Position numbers and translations under genes: made by a program. From Euglena gracilis (Eukaryota): a stretch of DNA of 64,000 nt. Position 1 is the first letter of the stretch. Every line of letters begins with the position of its first letter. The stretch covers positions 47,719,847 to 47,783,846 of the forward strand of contig CP154954.1 of assembly GCA_039621445.1 (NCBI GenBank), given 5' to 3'. Shown here piece by piece: positions 1 to 12,874 of this stretch. The notes under the pieces are model-generated. The model did not search any database. It was not told the DNA's origin and was given only the letters and a program-made list of their open reading frames with translations.

Positions 1-1370
1 ATCACACAAATTTTTTTTCTGAGTTGCATGCTGGAGATCACAAGAACAATCGCATTCCCCGCCACCTCCCCATACCCGCCCGCCCATCTATCCATTCACA
101 CCCACACACGCACACGTTGGCCCACCTGCCCGCCCACCCATGCGTACCGCGTGCAACAACCCTGGGAGCCTGCTTGCGAGATTGTCGCCCGGAGGTGCTT
201 TGGCCCCAGCATCCGGGGCCGTCATCAAATGCATGATGGCTCAGAAGAACCTCAAACCATCGAGCCGCCCCCCGGTGGCTAAGAGGCCCTTCGGGGACGT
301 GTTGGGGACCTCGCTGCCGGTTTCGAAGGCGGCCCGGACCTCGCCCGCGTCTCTCAGGCACAGCCACATTTGGGGGAGAATGCAGTTGAGTGGCAAGGAA
401 TCCTGCATCTCTGTCATATGCTCACTGTGTTAAACATTGTCCATTGGTTGGAACGGCCCCCTTGGATAATGACCACCCATTGATAATTGTTCACTGAGGA
501 AACTTTCACCAGTTTGAGAACATATTGACCACCTGCCAAAAATTCTGGAGGTAAAAATGCAGAGACTGAAAAAAGAAGGTCCTGTTGCATTCATTGTATA
601 CATTTTTGGGACACCATTTTTTTTCACAGATTTGGGCAATTTTGGGCCACTTTGAACCTGCAAGAGCAAGTGTATGGTCTTTCGCATCTTTTGTCATTCT
701 GGGCCAATTAAGGGTCATTTTGGGGGCCATTTTGGTTCATTTCGGTCATGTGGGACCTTTTGATGGCATGCTGACCCAGTTTTGACTGTATTGACCGTTT
801 TGGTCAAGGAAATGATTTTTTTTGTCTTCTCGACCCTCATGTTCTCGACCCCCATTTGTAATGACCTCCTCGTTGTTATAAATGAGGGGGTTGGGTCGGC
901 CTGCAGGTATTGGTTTTCTTTTCCCACCGTTTGCTTTCTTGTTATGTCGATGCGGGTGGCTGACAGGCAAAAAAGAAACAGCTGGATTTTTTGCACCTTG
1001 CCTGCCTGCTCCCAGGGGAAGCATTGATGGGGTTTAACTGCAGCCACTAAACTGTGTCCTCCCTGTAACTGAGTCCACCAAATATCTCCAGGCAGATTGC
1101 TTCAGGAAAGGTTGAATAATCCTTGAGCATTTACAGTTGGGGGAAATTGCCGTGAAAATCTATGGCCAGGATCAGGATTTCTTTCCCAATAGCCAGCAGC
1201 AAGAAACTTTTGCTTCCGGTTGTGATTGCTGTGGAAGACGGTCATTTTTTGCGTGCTTCCAAGCAGCCAGCATTTTTTCAAGAGGTGGTGCTGAAAGACG
1301 AAATTCTTGAGATGTGAATGCCCATTTAGCCTTTCAACAAACCACACCTGCAACCCAGTGAGCTCCAGCC

Positions 1371-1855
1371 CAGGCATTATTATTCATTTAAAACTTTTTA
1401 ATTTGAAATTACTTCAAATTAAAAAATTTGAAATTTTTTAAAACAAAAAAAATTCAAAAATTTTTTATGGTTTCTAAAGGCGTTTCTTTATTTTTTTTAA
1501 GGGTTTTTGAGGCATTTTCAAATTTTTAATAATTTTTAAGGCGTCTATTTGTCATGGGTGGTCAAAGAGCCATCTGGACATCGATCCAACGTCGGTCCAG
1601 GTTGAAAATCAAACCCATTTTTTTGAGTTTTCGGTAGACACACAATGTTCCAGTGATGCCAGAAATCATTCCCCCCGGGGTTTAACTTGCTCTGCGGAGA
1701 TATGCGACTTCTTTTTTGATCAAAAGATTTGAAAAATTTTCCAACACCAATTTTTTTTTTAAGTTTTTCTAAGGCATTTTGGTTCAAAAATTTTTAAGGT
1801 TTTTTGAAGTTTTTTTTTAAAGGTTTTTTAAGGTTCCTTAAGAAAATAATACCTG
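1371..1855. mobile_element. AT-rich MITE, hAT-like
   Basis: Termini CAGGCATTATTATTC and GAAAATAATACCTG; perfect 8-bp flanking duplication CTCCAGCC (1363-1370, 1856-1863). Confidence 0.8.
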
Positions 1856-2721
1856 CTCCAGCCTTCCTGGCCCGGGCTACTCTGGGTCACTGGGTATTTA
1901 CGAGGAAAAAATTTGTTGATTGAATCCCAAAAATGATCCCAGCAGACCTTGTCCAAGAGGGCACTCATTTAATGCCCCCCCCCCCAACAAGACACCTTTT
2001 CGAATTTTCTGACCGGCACCAAATACCAAGCCTGTTTTCAGAATCCCCAATTTAAGACACCATAGCCTTGTGTTTGGGGGTTTACCTTGCACCCCCCCCC
2101 CCCAGGGGGCAACCAGCAAAAAATTAAACAACAAAATAGATAAATTTGGCTGCGAGGAGGGGAAAAGGGAGCTTTTTCCTTTCAGCTTTTGTCCAAAAAT
2201 GTTTTTTTTTTTTCTTGCTTCCCTTCTCTTTTTTCCCTCTTTTTTTTTTTTCTTCCGCGGCGGCATTTTTTTTTTTTCCAAGAAAATCCAGAAACCAATT
2301 TTGGGGGGGGAAATTCCAGAAACACAAATCTTGGGGGGGACTTCCGACAACATGAAGCCCCAAAGGTTTTTTTTTGGTATTTCCTGTTGGAATATCTTTC
2401 ATGCAACCGAAGGGGGCCCTTATCTCTCAGGTGGCCTGGGGAAGGTTAAGAGAAGTTAAATTCACAACGCTCACATCTGACCACACACCAACCTCACCAG
2501 TATTGCGTCGTATTGTCCAGTTTGAGCAAAGATTGATTTTTTTTGAACTACCGAGGTTTGTGGCCAACAAATTTGATGCTTTTTTTGAGCTTGTTGACGC
2601 ATCGTGACCGTGCCTGCGGGTGTACGCTCCGCAGGACCTGTACCAGGCACTGGTGGCGTTCCAGAACTTCCAGCAGCAGGGCAGCTTGGGCCTCCCGGCT
2701 GAACGCTGGAGGACGTTTATG

Positions 2722-2952
2722 CAGTAACCCCCCAAAGAACCCCCCCCCCCCCCCCGGTGTGTTATTTGGGCACCTGAGCTGGGGCCCCAGGGGGGGGGGT
2801 GTTATTTGGGGGGTGTATTATTTTTACATGGAAAACCAAAGGAAAACAGGAGGGTGTGTTATTTTGGCGCTCGAAATCGGCCCCCGAGGGGGGGGGTGTT
2901 ATTTGGGGGGGGGTGTTATTTGGGGGGGTTCTTATTTGGGAGGGGGGTTTAC
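2722..2952. repeat. Non-autonomous inverted-repeat element with GGGGTGTTATTTGGG subrepeats
   Basis: Ends CAGTAACCCCCC and GGGGGGTTTACA; internal TTATTTGGGGG repeats. A related arrangement occurs at ~38260-38467 around a TA tract. Confidence 0.45.
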
Positions 2953-4532
2953 ATAGGCGTTGTCCCCAAGTCCAGCTTTGCCACATTTTAGGTTGGTGCA
3001 GGTGGTGTGTATGTGTGTATTAGACATTCCTTTAGTCACCATTTTTTGTTCTCGTGTGTTCACCAATAAAAAAAATGTGTGTGCGTTCACCTATGTTTAC
3101 CCAAAAATTGTTTTTTATCTGTGTTCACCGAATGAAACATTGTGTTCAAACGTGTAAAACATTTTTTTTAGTATCTTCAAAATTTAAGAAAATTCTTGTA
3201 TTTACCCCCATTCAACAGCGTTCACCAAAATTGTATTGTGTTCAGTCATGTCCACATTTTTTTTGGTTTTCTCCTGCTTTCCCCAGAATAAAATTTGTAT
3301 TCACTACGGCTTTTGCGAACACACTAAATGAATGCCTGACGTGCACATGATGCGCGCGTGCGTGTGTGCGCGCATGCGTGCATGTGCGTAAAATGTCAGG
3401 GATTTTTGAAAGACCGACTGGGAAGTGGGGTCCCTCAACCCGCCCAGGTGTATGCAAGTGCGCACGCACATGCACACCTCTCGGGGGGGGGGTCCGGAAA
3501 TCTCTTCCAGTTGGTCGAAAACAGCATGGCCCGAAATCATTTTTGCACAACTGCGCAAAAAGCATGTTCGAAAGGACCATCCTTGCTGAAGTGTTATGAC
3601 CATAGGTTCACTGAGTGATCCCAGGGGGGGGGGGGGCTTTCCCCTGCGACCCACCCCCGACCCCCACCCAGAACTCCCAGAAGAGGGGGGGGGGTCAACC
3701 ACCGACCCTCTCACCCAAAATCCAGCCGAAATCGGCTGAAACCCCTCCAAAAATTTTTCCAGCCAGTTTTTTTTGAAAAAAAAGTTTGGACCCTGGGGGT
3801 AGGGGGTAGGGTGAATGGGTTTGCTGGACCCCTCCTCCCCCAGGGGTGCCCCCAAAGGCTCCAAGGCGAGAGGGGCCATTTTCTGGCCTTTTTTGGCACG
3901 AAGGCCTGTTTTGACCCCAAAGTTGACCCTCCAAAAATGGGTCCACTGAAATAAAGTTCGGCCACAAAAAGAACTGGCCATTTTTTGCGGGTTTTTGGGG
4001 TTTCGGCTCCAAACTTTGGTTGAAAATACCAACCCGGCTGAATTTTTGTTGTTTTTGGGGGACCGCGCTGGGACCAACCTGCACGGTTTTCCCGGAGGCG
4101 TATGGGAATCTCCGAAACCCTATGGGTGGTGAGTGGGGTGTGTGTCGACAACCCCCATCCTGTGGTGGGTGGGGAGCATTTCCCGCATTTCCGGGGGCGC
4201 CGGTTCTTTGTTGAAATCCTTCGGCACTGAAGGAATTTATCCTTGTGGAGTGGTGTTGTGGGTGAGGGGGTCATCAGCCCCATCCTGGATCTGGTGGGAG
4301 GATCATTCGTGCGTGCTTGCTGATGCGTGTATGCGTGCGTGCGTGCGCGTGTGCGTGCGTGCTGCATGTGTCAGCGCGTGCGTGCCTGCATATGTGCGCA
4401 TGTGCGCTTTTGTCTGTGTGCGCGCGCGCACGTGTGTGCGTGCGTGCGTGCGTGCATGCGCGCGCGTGTGTGTGTGTGTGTGTGTGTGCGCGTGCGTGCG
4501 TATGCACGGGCGCATGCACATTGTCGTCCCAG

Positions 4533-5630
4533 GTGGCAACAACTTCTTGTTGAGCTCAGCCGACAGTAGCCCACCTCTTCTCCTGCTGTGGCCAGATCAT
4601 TGCTTAACACCTGTCCCACCCCACCCCCCGGGGGGGTGACTGACTGGCTTTTTCAGAGTGACCGACTGGTTTTTTGGCCGTGACCCCCCTCCCGGGGGTG
4701 GGGTAGGCCAGAAATCACCCGAAAGTGGCTGAGTGGCCAACCGGCGCCGAAGGCGCCGGAGAATTTTTTTGGCCAAAAATGGATTTGAAAGGCCAAAAAG
4801 TGACTGGTTTTCCTGAGTGGCCGCCCCCCCCCCCCCCGGGGGTAAAGTGACTGACTGGCTTGGCCGAAAAAAAAAAGACTGACTGGTTTTTTCGGAGCGG
4901 AAAGGGGCCCCCCCTCCCCCCCCCCCCCGGGGGTCGCTAAGCAATGGTGTGGCTGTGGCCCAACCGTGCGACACTCTTTATGTGGCAGGCCTGCCTGCAA
5001 ATGTCACAGAGGAGGAGCTTCGCACGTACGCCTCCTCGACCGGTGGTTGCTAGCCACCTCCACACCGTTATCCTCTTTCAGCTGGTCTGAGGCGGGGTTT
5101 TTTTTTTTAGAGGACATGTTTTCCTCACTTTTCCCCCCAGCTTCGCTCACCCAGTTCAGCGTTGGACTCGGATTCTTTTGAGTTCTTTTCAGCTTTTCTC
5201 CCCTTTCATGTGCAGAAATGCCCCCCCCCCCATGTCTAATCAACCCTCTTGCCCAAGGATCGGAGGTGCCCAGACCATCTAGTTTGTCGCCTTTTAATGC
5301 CCAGACAGACAGACAGACAGGCAGGCAGGCAGACACTGGAGAGCAAATTTCGTGTTCATTGGGCTTGGGGGTACCTGTTGACTCAAACCGTCGTCCCCTG
5401 CTCGGGAAGGGGTCCCCTGAACAGAGGGCATGTTCGCACCTTTGTTCCAACCCCCCCCGTTGCTCCCGGCTGGGGAGTGAGCCCGAGCCTCCGCGCCCTC
5501 GCTGGCCCCCCCCCTCCCACGGCAGCCCCCGCCCCCGTTCCTGGGCTTCAAGGACCTGCGCCTGGTCAACAACGGCCAGAAGTGCTTTGCGTTGGTGCAG
5601 TTCGACTCGGAGGCGTTGGCCTCTCAGGCG
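4533..5630 (+). CDS. RRM-domain RNA-binding protein, partial multi-exon model
   Basis: Exon 4533-4560 (WQQLLVELS) joins in frame to an exon from 4961 ([24 protein letters not shown]2-like). Exon ~5540-5630 reads [31 protein letters not shown] (RNP1-like). GC-rich segments at ~150-360 and ~2610-2720 may be upstream exons; full structure not resolved. Confidence 0.65.
4593..4951. mobile_element. MITE, GTGACTGACTGG family, hAT-like
   Basis: Termini CAGATCATTGCTTA and TAAGCAATGGTGTG; perfect 8-bp TSD GCTGTGGC; internal GTGACTGACTGG repeats and a central GGCGCC-GAA-GGCGCC hairpin. Confidence 0.8.
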
Positions 5631-7299
5631 ATGTCGCCCAGGCTGGCCCTCAGTCTTTGGGCAACCCTTGGTGTCACCTTTCTGTGCAAAAACGATTCAC
5701 AAATCGCCTGGGGGGGGGGCTCTGAAATGAACACACCCCAAAAATGGGGTGTGGGTTCCAGTCTTAAGCGACGCACTGGGCTTGACTGGGCTTGACCCTT
5801 ACCCCAAAACGAAGCTGGCGTTTCCTATTTTTCTTGAGGCTTTGCGAAAAGAAGGCTGGGTCGTAAACCAGTTATTCTTTATGACACTTTCGACGCAGTT
5901 CCATTGGCCTTTTTTCAGAAATGCTTTCCGCACTGCTTCCCCCCCTTTGTCATTAACTTTGAAGGAGTGAGTCTGGAACCACAAATTGAGATGTATCCGT
6001 TGCGAGGACAGTTGTTGCACCTCCAGTTTTCGAAGTCTCCTTTGGGTGTGCCAAAGCATTTCAAGTGAACACAAGCATGCACATTTCGCAGACTGCGACT
6101 TTCCTTCTGACAACCAGAATCCCACTTTCGTTTTCCACTCTTATGGCGTCCTCACGTCACGCTGCCATTGCCACAAAAGGAGTTTTTGTTGACGTTCAGT
6201 GCTGGGATTATGATGTGTTTGGATTCTGTGGCACGAGTCTGAAGTGTAAGAAACCCGTTCAAATGGGATGGTGATTGCACAGTGTCACCCCGATCTCCCC
6301 CCCCCCCCCGAATGATCCCCCCCATTTTCACCCAATTTTTGGAATCCTGGCACCGTCCAGAAATCGCTGAATAATTTCCCTCCCCAACTCGGGAGCCCAA
6401 AGAGCCCAAAGGTCATGAATGACGGGTGCAAGCCCAAAAAGTGGATGTCAATCCATCTTTCTTCCCCAAAAAGTTGCAAGTTCAGTGCCAATTTTTGAGC
6501 AAATATGGCAGAGGAAACATAAATGGTTATGGGTGTCATCCATTCTCTACTTCCCTCACTTGAGAAACGGATTTTTTGCACTTTGCATGCTCTTCTTATG
6601 TTTACAATTTCAAAGATTTCAAAGGCAATCATCTTCAAGGCTAAAATCCGCAGTCAACCCCAAAAAACACCAAACAGCTTACCCCCTCAAAATTTCAGGT
6701 ATTTTGGCTGCCCAAGGGTGGGGTTGATGAGGGTGACACTGTGCGGCATATTTTCGTTATTTACGCCAGATGAAGGTATCCACTTACTGTGTCCTTGTGA
6801 ATATGGGCGTAATTTTTTGGGGGGTTATTGTTTGTATGGTCTCCGGTGGAAATTTAAACTTGCGCCGCCTGCCAATGGGAGTTTTCGAAAATGCTTTCGA
6901 AATGAAATGCTTTAGGAGAGAGAATGATAAAAATTGAGGCTGCCAAAATTTGGCGGATGGCGGTGACGAGAAAATTTTAGAGTCGCACGGGATTTATCGA
7001 GCAGTTTTTTTTGCGACCAATGAGCGGAAAACTCGTGCACTCCGGGGTCCTTTAGGGAACCAGGAGGAAATGACAAGGAGGACGAAGCACAAGGGCAGGG
7101 TGAGATCCTGCTTATTTGTGCCGGCTGTTTGTTCATGGTGTGTTCTTTGGCGCGGTGCTTCTTACTGCGCGTTTGTTGCCGGAGATGGCGGTCGTGCTCC
7201 CCCCCCGGCGTCTGGTGCGGCTTTTTGAACTCGAATGTTTTTTTCCCCTCCTGGTCATTTCCCCCTGGCTCCCTAAAGGCTCCCGTAGTGAATGACCAC

Positions 7300-8100
7300 T
7301 CGGGCGTCGCACTTCGGTTGGGTGAATTTTTGTGCACCAGATGCTCGTTTTTTTCTGCCGCCCTTTTTGGGGCATTGATGCGCAAATAATGGGATGTACA
7401 ACTTTTGAAAGCTTTCCACTTGCCTATTTGGCACACTTCTTCTGAATCCAAGCGCAAAGACTTGAAGAAAGAGACACCTGCACCTCTTCTGCTGTGTGCC
7501 CCATAAAGGGAAGGGACCCCCTGCTGCAACAAAAAACGTTTTGTGAGGCCATTGATGGAATTTGGCTTCAAAGCATTAAAGGGGGGTGGAAGTGAAAGGA
7601 AAACCGGCACCCCGTTTTTGCCCATGTGAGCTGTACGTCTAACATACTCCAACAATAAATGTACTGGACTGATGTGCACTTGTGAATTCAGAGAAGGCAA
7701 TTGCTCCCTCTGATGTAGTTTCCAACCCTTTCTCCTGACTTGTATAAAAAATTTGTCATGAAGTCTGGAACAAGTTCTAAGGAGAGAAGCCAAACCCCCA
7801 CCTCGAAATATGGAGAATAAACACACAATCACAATGAGACGTAACCGCAGTTCAGGTAAGGGCAAAGTATGCAGGGGGGCATCATCAGCCGCCAGTCTTT
7901 GCACAATTGGGGTGGCATCCCAAAAATCAGCATACTTTTGCACAGATGATGACGATTTTTTTCCTCAGAGGTTGTACAATTTGCTCAAACCTCAGACTCG
8001 AGCATCCTGGGATTAACAGACAAGCACTGTAGGCGTTTTTGGCTTGTGACACTGAAAATTGAAATTATTTTTGGATGCCCTGTGCAATGTCCAGTGGGGT
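7300..8100 (-). pseudogene. DIRS-A tyrosine recombinase
   Basis: Within ORF 6912-7943: SIFRG (catalytic Arg), HSRRGAG, GKWK...SHYLR (catalytic Tyr). N-terminus disrupted; the frame reads through ICR and ITR. Confidence 0.85.
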
Positions 8101-8299
8101 GGCTGAGGGGGGGGTGCAAACCCATGTCTTACATGACAGCATACAGAAAGATGAAAGGAGGAGTTGTAACGATCCAAACATTTCAGTTGTTGGAAATAAA
8201 GTGTAATGTTGGAAGGGTTGACCTGTTGTTGTTCCTACTTCCCCCTGATAACACTGTGCAGGCTAGGGGCCATCTTGGCCTGGGCATGCAGTGTTGCAA

Positions 8300-8772
8300 A
8301 CAGTTGAAGAACATTCCCTCCTGGGGGGTATGACCAGGCATTTGGTGTGTTTTTACCCTCATTTTGATTAACAGGGGCCACCGTGGTGCTGAATCCCAAA
8401 AGGGGCAATTGAAAAGGCAAACGATCTGAGGATTTTCTCTCAGTCTGTGTAACCAGTTTGGAATAATCTTCCGGGGGAGTTTGCCCAGACATGAGAAAGG
8501 TCTTGCAGGGGGCAATTCAGGGCATCCACCCTGAAGGCTTGATGGTGGGGCCATGGACAAATGAATTTTGGGCATTTGAAATTCCCTGGACTGGCAAAAC
8601 AGTCCACAGCTGGCTGAACGTCGTTTTTGAAGTGGCAGATGATTTTTTTTTTTGGAAAAGGTGATGATTTTGGGTGTAATCCCCAGGGTCCTGGATCCAC
8701 CTGGATAAGCTGTCTGCCTGCATTTGCTGGCTTGGCACAACCCGAATTTGAACTCGATGCTTCACTGCCCAT
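8300..8772 (-). pseudogene. DIRS-A Dam-like N6-adenine methyltransferase domain
   Basis: AVDCFASPGNFKCPKF...VDAL...WANSP, a degenerate NPPW motif; frameshifted. Confidence 0.7.
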
Positions 8773-10140
8773 AGTAAAAGGGGGCGAATAATTTCGTTCA
8801 GGGCTTGAACCCTCCCCCCTTGCTTCCTGAGGTAGCTTGCAGCTACCTGATTGTCTACCTGAATGACTACTGATTCCCCTGGTTTTGTTAAGGACAAAAT
8901 GGTGTCCTTTGCAGCTGAGAGCTCCTTTAATTTATGTTCTATCCTTGATTGCTTCTCCAAAAGCTGTGCAGTTTTTGCCAAGGGTTTAGATCCAGACCCC
9001 CCCACCCCTGTGTGGAACTGTCTGAACACAAAACCCTGTTGGGATTCACTAAAAAGGGTCTTCCATGGGTTACTGCCAGAAGAGGTTTTAGAGACAAAAT
9101 TTGATCTTTCACTGACTGAGGAATGGGTACCTGATGATCCCAGCTGTGGGTTTGATGCAGATCCACAAACTCCTTTAAAGTATTGGTGAATGCCATTAAA
9201 AAGGGCAGAGGGGTGAGATTGGAACGAATTTGACCCAGAATTGCACCTATTTTTCTACAAGTTAGATGACTTGCAACCAAAACTTTTCCTTTTTCCTTTT
9301 TTAGGGTTTTTAGCTTTTGAAGTGGGACCTGAAGTTCTCCTTCTGCCAGGTTTATCACCGCTGCTAAGTGGGGGATCACCTGACTAGGGAGTAACACACT
9401 TTTGGGGATGTTGATTTTGAAACCTGCCGCCAGCAGGTCCTGGATCATGGCCTTTAGGTGTTTTTGTACCAGCTGGGGGGGAATTTGCCAAAATAAGTAT
9501 ATCGTCGAGATATACAAAGGCTAGGATCCCCCTTGTGTGCCACAGTTTTTCCAGAGGCTTCACAAATTGCATGAACAGGAACGGTAATTTGCTCATTCCA
9601 AAACTGGCTGACTGAAATCCAACACTGTTTCCCCCACCTGGAGATGTAAATATTTCTGAAGAATTGGGTGAAGGGGGAGATGGAAGTGTGCATCCTTGAG
9701 GTTCAACTTCCCCCCCCCACCAACCCTGCTGCAGGTAGGGGAAGATCCCTGACAGGGTGGTCAGTTTGAATGGGGGGGGGGTTGTGAAAAATGCGTTCAA
9801 TCCCTTGCAATTTGTGATCAAACGATGTTTGATGGTGCCCTTTTCCATTTTTGAAATAATGAACCAAGGCACCAAGTGCTTGGACACAGCTCCTGGAGGT
9901 AGCTTTCTGACTGCAACTGAGGACTCGTAATCCCTCAAAATCCTGTTTGCCAAATCAATTTCTTCTCTCCCATAGGATCTTGTGTTTTTGACAGGTTTAG
10001 GGGTTATGGGAAATCTGGTAGAATGCCTTCTTGCAGAATTTGACAGAGAAAAGTGTTTCCATGTTTTCTCCACCAGGACAGACTTTTCACAAGTCTTTGG
10101 GGCATGGGGGTGTCCCCCCACATTTTCCCCCTGCACTGAA
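8690..10140 (-). pseudogene. DIRS-A reverse transcriptase / RNase H
   Basis: PWFIISK...HRLITNC, FG...P, FVYLDDILIL (~9490-9520), GFKINIPKS, CSDSSTQGWGG, KELSAA, QVDNQVA, ADSLSR; several frameshifts. Confidence 0.88.
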
Positions 10141-10939
10141 TCATGTGTTGTAGTGGGCATTCTTGATAAGAAAGCCGCTGAGTTTTGGGACCCACCATGG
10201 GCCGTTGTTCTTGCCTTGAGACTGGCTGGCCAGATAGAGGCTCCTCCACGTCCACGACGTTTGATTCCATAGATTCTGCCTTTGCCCAGGCTCTTCCCCT
10301 GCCACGGGGATGGGTATGAGCTGCCATAGCTCCTGTTGAGGGGCAGACTGCCCTTGCCTCCTTTTCTTCTCCAATGTCTCCAACTACGATATGGAGCGAT
10401 TGGGAGTAAGGGGAGCTTTACCTGCTCCATTGATGTTATGGACCTTCTGTCCAACTGCAAATCTGTTGAAGTGAATAAAACGTTGCTGGACTCCATCACA
10501 GCTCCCGGGATGCTCCTGCGCTTTCTCTCCCGCAGGAGTTGCACTTCTGTTTCAGCCGAATAGTAAAACAGTTGTTGACACAGCTGGTGATAAGACGTGT
10601 CCTCCTGCTGCAGCACAATGGGATGCAATGTGGCCACCATCCTCATGGCGTTCAGCATACGTTGTTGCACTCCCTTCATAAATTTGTCAACGATTGAACG
10701 ACCATCGGCTTTGTGATTGTTGTCTTCTGCCCTCTGTTTCATTCCAGAAAACACTGGTACGTCTTGCAAGACATGCCTCATGCCTAGTCTTTCTCCTTGC
10801 TGTGCCTTTTTGACACAGAGCGCCAGGTCTCCTGGCAGCTGCAGAGACGGTGCCTCCCAAGGCACCCGCTCTTCCTCCTCCGCCTCGTCGCCTTCTTCCT
10901 CTGTGTCCATGGCGTCGCCAGCGCCGCCGCTCCTCCTGG

Positions 10940-12874
10940 TGTAAGGATTGCCCCTCCTGATGTCCCGGTGAAGGGACCCCTGGCGGCGCAACCTGCGTAG
11001 GATCGTTTTCGTTTGAGCCCGTCGGGCCCACCTGGCGGGGGTTTTCCCCTTTGGAGGAAAAGTGGGGTAGGGGTTGGTGTTGGTGTGGATGGTGATGTTG
11101 AAAATGACATACTTTTGCCTCAACAAATGAACTTGAATACTTGATCAATGAGACATGAACTTGAAATGTAATTTGTTGTTTCCTTGATTTGTTCTTTGAA
11201 TTGGCACTTGCAATGGAACACGACTGTCGCCAAATAAACAGATAAAAACAGAGTGTGAACAGAGCCCTGTGCAGAGTAAAAATACAATTGGGGGGGCTAC
11301 AGCTGGGGGGATACTTGGTATACTTTGCGCAATTCTAAATGAATTGCGCCATCTGGGCGCCAACCAAGGGGGCGCGCATGCTCGCGCAAAGCCCAGAAGG
11401 GCTTGCGCATCCCCTTGGGGGTTGCCTGTTGGCCCCCTCAACCTTCCCCCTCCTTTACCTTCCCTTTCCATGGTTAAATGGGCTGTGGGGCCCCTTGTGG
11501 GCCAGGGGGGGCTCAAAAGGCCCTTGGGGGGCCTTGGAGCCCCCCGTGGCCCTTCGTTGCCCCTTTGGGCTCCCTTGGGACCCCCCCTTGGGGCGGGCAC
11601 CCTCGGACCGCGCAGACTCCCCGCCTCAAAAAAATTGCTGCACAATTTAAAATTGACTCCTTTGCCGGTCCGAGGTCCCCCCCCCTTGTGCTTTCCGGCC
11701 TCCGAAAAAAAATTATTTTTTTGTTGGAAACGCACGAAGCGGTGGTGCCACTGCTCCGCGCCGTGTATGGCGCGTGCTGTTGGGGAGGGGGTACACGGGA
11801 GGGGCAATAAGTGGGAACGGGCGCCTCCGGGCTCGCGGCCCGGGGAGGCACCGTCTGGGCCCCTCCGCTGCCCCTCCGATCTGTGAGCCCTCTTGGCCCA
11901 TGGGCAGGGGCGGACCGCCCCCCCCCCGAAACGCTCAAAGCTGAAATCGAAAAATCGAAAGCCTCCTCGGCGCCCTTGCCGCACCATGCGGTGTTGAGCA
12001 CGTGCGGCGCGTGGGGCGCCTCGTCTCGTGGGGCGCTTGCCACTCGGGGCGGATTGTGGCCGCGGGTGTTAGGCGAGGCCAGCCCTGGGGGGGGGAGAAT
12101 GTGGGCCCCCACAGGGGCCCTTGGGGATGGGAGCCCCCCCCCCGTGCACTCGTGTGGCCTCCTCGCCCTGCCCGGGCGTCCTCTGCTACCATGTAAGGGT
12201 TGCCCCTCCTGAGGTCCCTGTGAAGGGACCCCTGGCGGAGCAACCTGCGTAGGATCGTTTTCGTTTGATCCCATCGGGCCCACCTGGTGGGGGTTTTCCC
12301 CTTTGGAGGAAAAGTGGGGTAGGGGTTGGTGTTGGTGTGGATGGTGATGTTGAAAATGACATACTTTTGCCTCAACAAATGAACTTGAATACTTGATCAA
12401 TGAGACTTGAACTTGAAATGTAATTTGTTGTTTCCTTGATTTGTTCTTTGAATTGGCACTTGCAATGGAACACGACTGTCGCCAAATAAACAGATAAAAA
12501 CAGAGTGTGAACAGAGCCCTGTGCAGAGTAAAAATACAATTGGGGGGGCTACAGCTGGGGGGGCTACTTGGTATACTTTGCGCAATTCTTAATGAATTGC
12601 GCCATCTGGGCGCCCACCAAGGGGGTGTGCGTGCTTGCGCAAAGCCCAGAAGGGCTTGCGCATCCCCTTGGGGGTTGCCTGTTGGCCCCCTCAACCCTCC
12701 CCCTCCTTTACCTTCCCTTTCCATGGTTAAAATGGGCTGTGGGGCCCCCTTGTGGGCCAGGGGGGCCACAAAAGGCCCTTGGGGGGCCTTGGAGCCCCCC
12801 GTGGCCCTTCGTGGCCCCTTTGGGCCCCCTTGGGACCCCCCCCCCTTGGGGCGGGCACCTTTTGACCGCGCACA
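10940..12874 (-). mobile_element. Non-autonomous LTR retroelement (TRIM-like) nested in DIRS-A
   Basis: Direct repeats 10940-11616 and 12192-12874 (~680 bp; the 5' copy runs TG...TTACA on the minus strand). PBS TGGTAGCAGAGGA at 12179-12191, PPT GAGGCGGGGAG at 11617-11627, 4-bp TSD CTGG/GTGG. No recognisable coding domain in the ~575-bp interior. Confidence 0.85.
12179..12191 (-). other. Primer-binding site complementary to initiator tRNA-Met 3' end
   Basis: Plus strand TCCTCTGCTACCA matches the 3' end of vertebrate-type tRNA-iMet as I recall it, and directly abuts the 5' LTR. Confidence 0.8.

Noticed and set aside
12179-12191. tRNA gene
   Set aside because: Only the 13-nt 3' end matches; it is a primer-binding site with no cloverleaf.
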